A DNA stretch of 36,399 nucleotides from Methanobacteriota archaeon (GTDB lineage: Archaea > Halobacteriota > Methanosarcinia > Methanosarcinales > Methanogasteraceae): positions 1-36,399 of the forward strand of contig JAYEGI010000159.1 of the NCBI GenBank assembly GCA_034659035.1. Reading direction: 5' to 3'. The translations under genes and the position numbers were made by a program. A model generated the notes under the pieces. The model worked only from the letters and a program-made list of their open reading frames with translations, made no database searches and was not told the origin of the DNA. The first letter of the stretch is position 1. Every line of letters begins with the position of its first letter. Of this stretch, positions 36,223 to 36,399 are shown one piece after another.

Positions 36223-36399
36223 CTACCATGCCACGTGTCTCCAGTTCGCTCCTATGATCACGGCATCGAGAATGTTTATCTCGCAGTCGTTGTTCAGGTC
36301 GGTCCCATCTTTCTGCTCGTCATCCCAGAGATGACCCTCACAGTCACCACATCCGCAGTAATCAGTAAGATTGTCCGGATCATCAGGATACGGGTTGCA
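36223..36399 (-). CDS. 3' end of a dockerin-bearing protein, cut by the window edge and absent from the ORF track
   Basis: My translation: CNPYPDDPDNLTDYCGCGDCEGHLWDDEQKDGTDLNNDCEINILDAVIIGANWRHVAW*, closely similar to the C-terminus of 33127..34083. Confidence 0.9.
   Translation of the reverse strand, partial: CNPYPDDPDNLTDYCGCGDCEGHLWDDEQKDGTDLNNDCEINILDAVIIGANWRHVAW

Noticed and set aside
20646-36399. A true cellulosome
   Set aside because: No glycoside hydrolase or carbohydrate-binding module is recognisable in the window. Only the beta-helix fold could be carbohydrate-active, and that is unproven.

Overview
Archaeal window, most likely from a Methanosarcinales/ANME-type euryarchaeote (inferred from PGF-CTERM sorting signals, GGAGG/GGTGA RBSs and the gene families present). 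Nearly all genes are on the minus strand, in about five transcription units, plus one small plus-strand gene. Right half (about 19.9-36.4 kb): a dense cluster of secreted cohesin/dockerin proteins (about 13 cohesins and 8 dockerins in several sequence classes, two PGF-CTERM-anchored cohesins, several cohesin+dockerin adaptors, three decayed copies). No recognisable glycoside hydrolase is present. Centre and left: four paralogous Cys-rich right-handed beta-helix surface proteins, two MotA/TolQ/ExbB + DUF2149 pairs (one preceded by a DUF2162-like membrane protein, a HmuT-U-V-like arrangement, with no CobN/HmuS chelatase in the window), a HypB/UreG-like GTPase, an ABC ATPase, a signal-less solute-binding protein, a thioredoxin-like surface protein, a YbaN/DUF454 protein and a small His-rich coiled-coil protein. 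All six promoter regions share one phased operator array (CCTAA-N5-TTAGG units with fixed 14- and 16-nt spacers straddling the likely TATA box), so the region appears to be one regulon. Working hypothesis (inference): a metal-regulated, cellulosome-like archaeal surface complex for scavenging a metal or tetrapyrrole, coupled to an ExbBD-like membrane motor. All family calls come from motif recognition by eye; no database searches were run.
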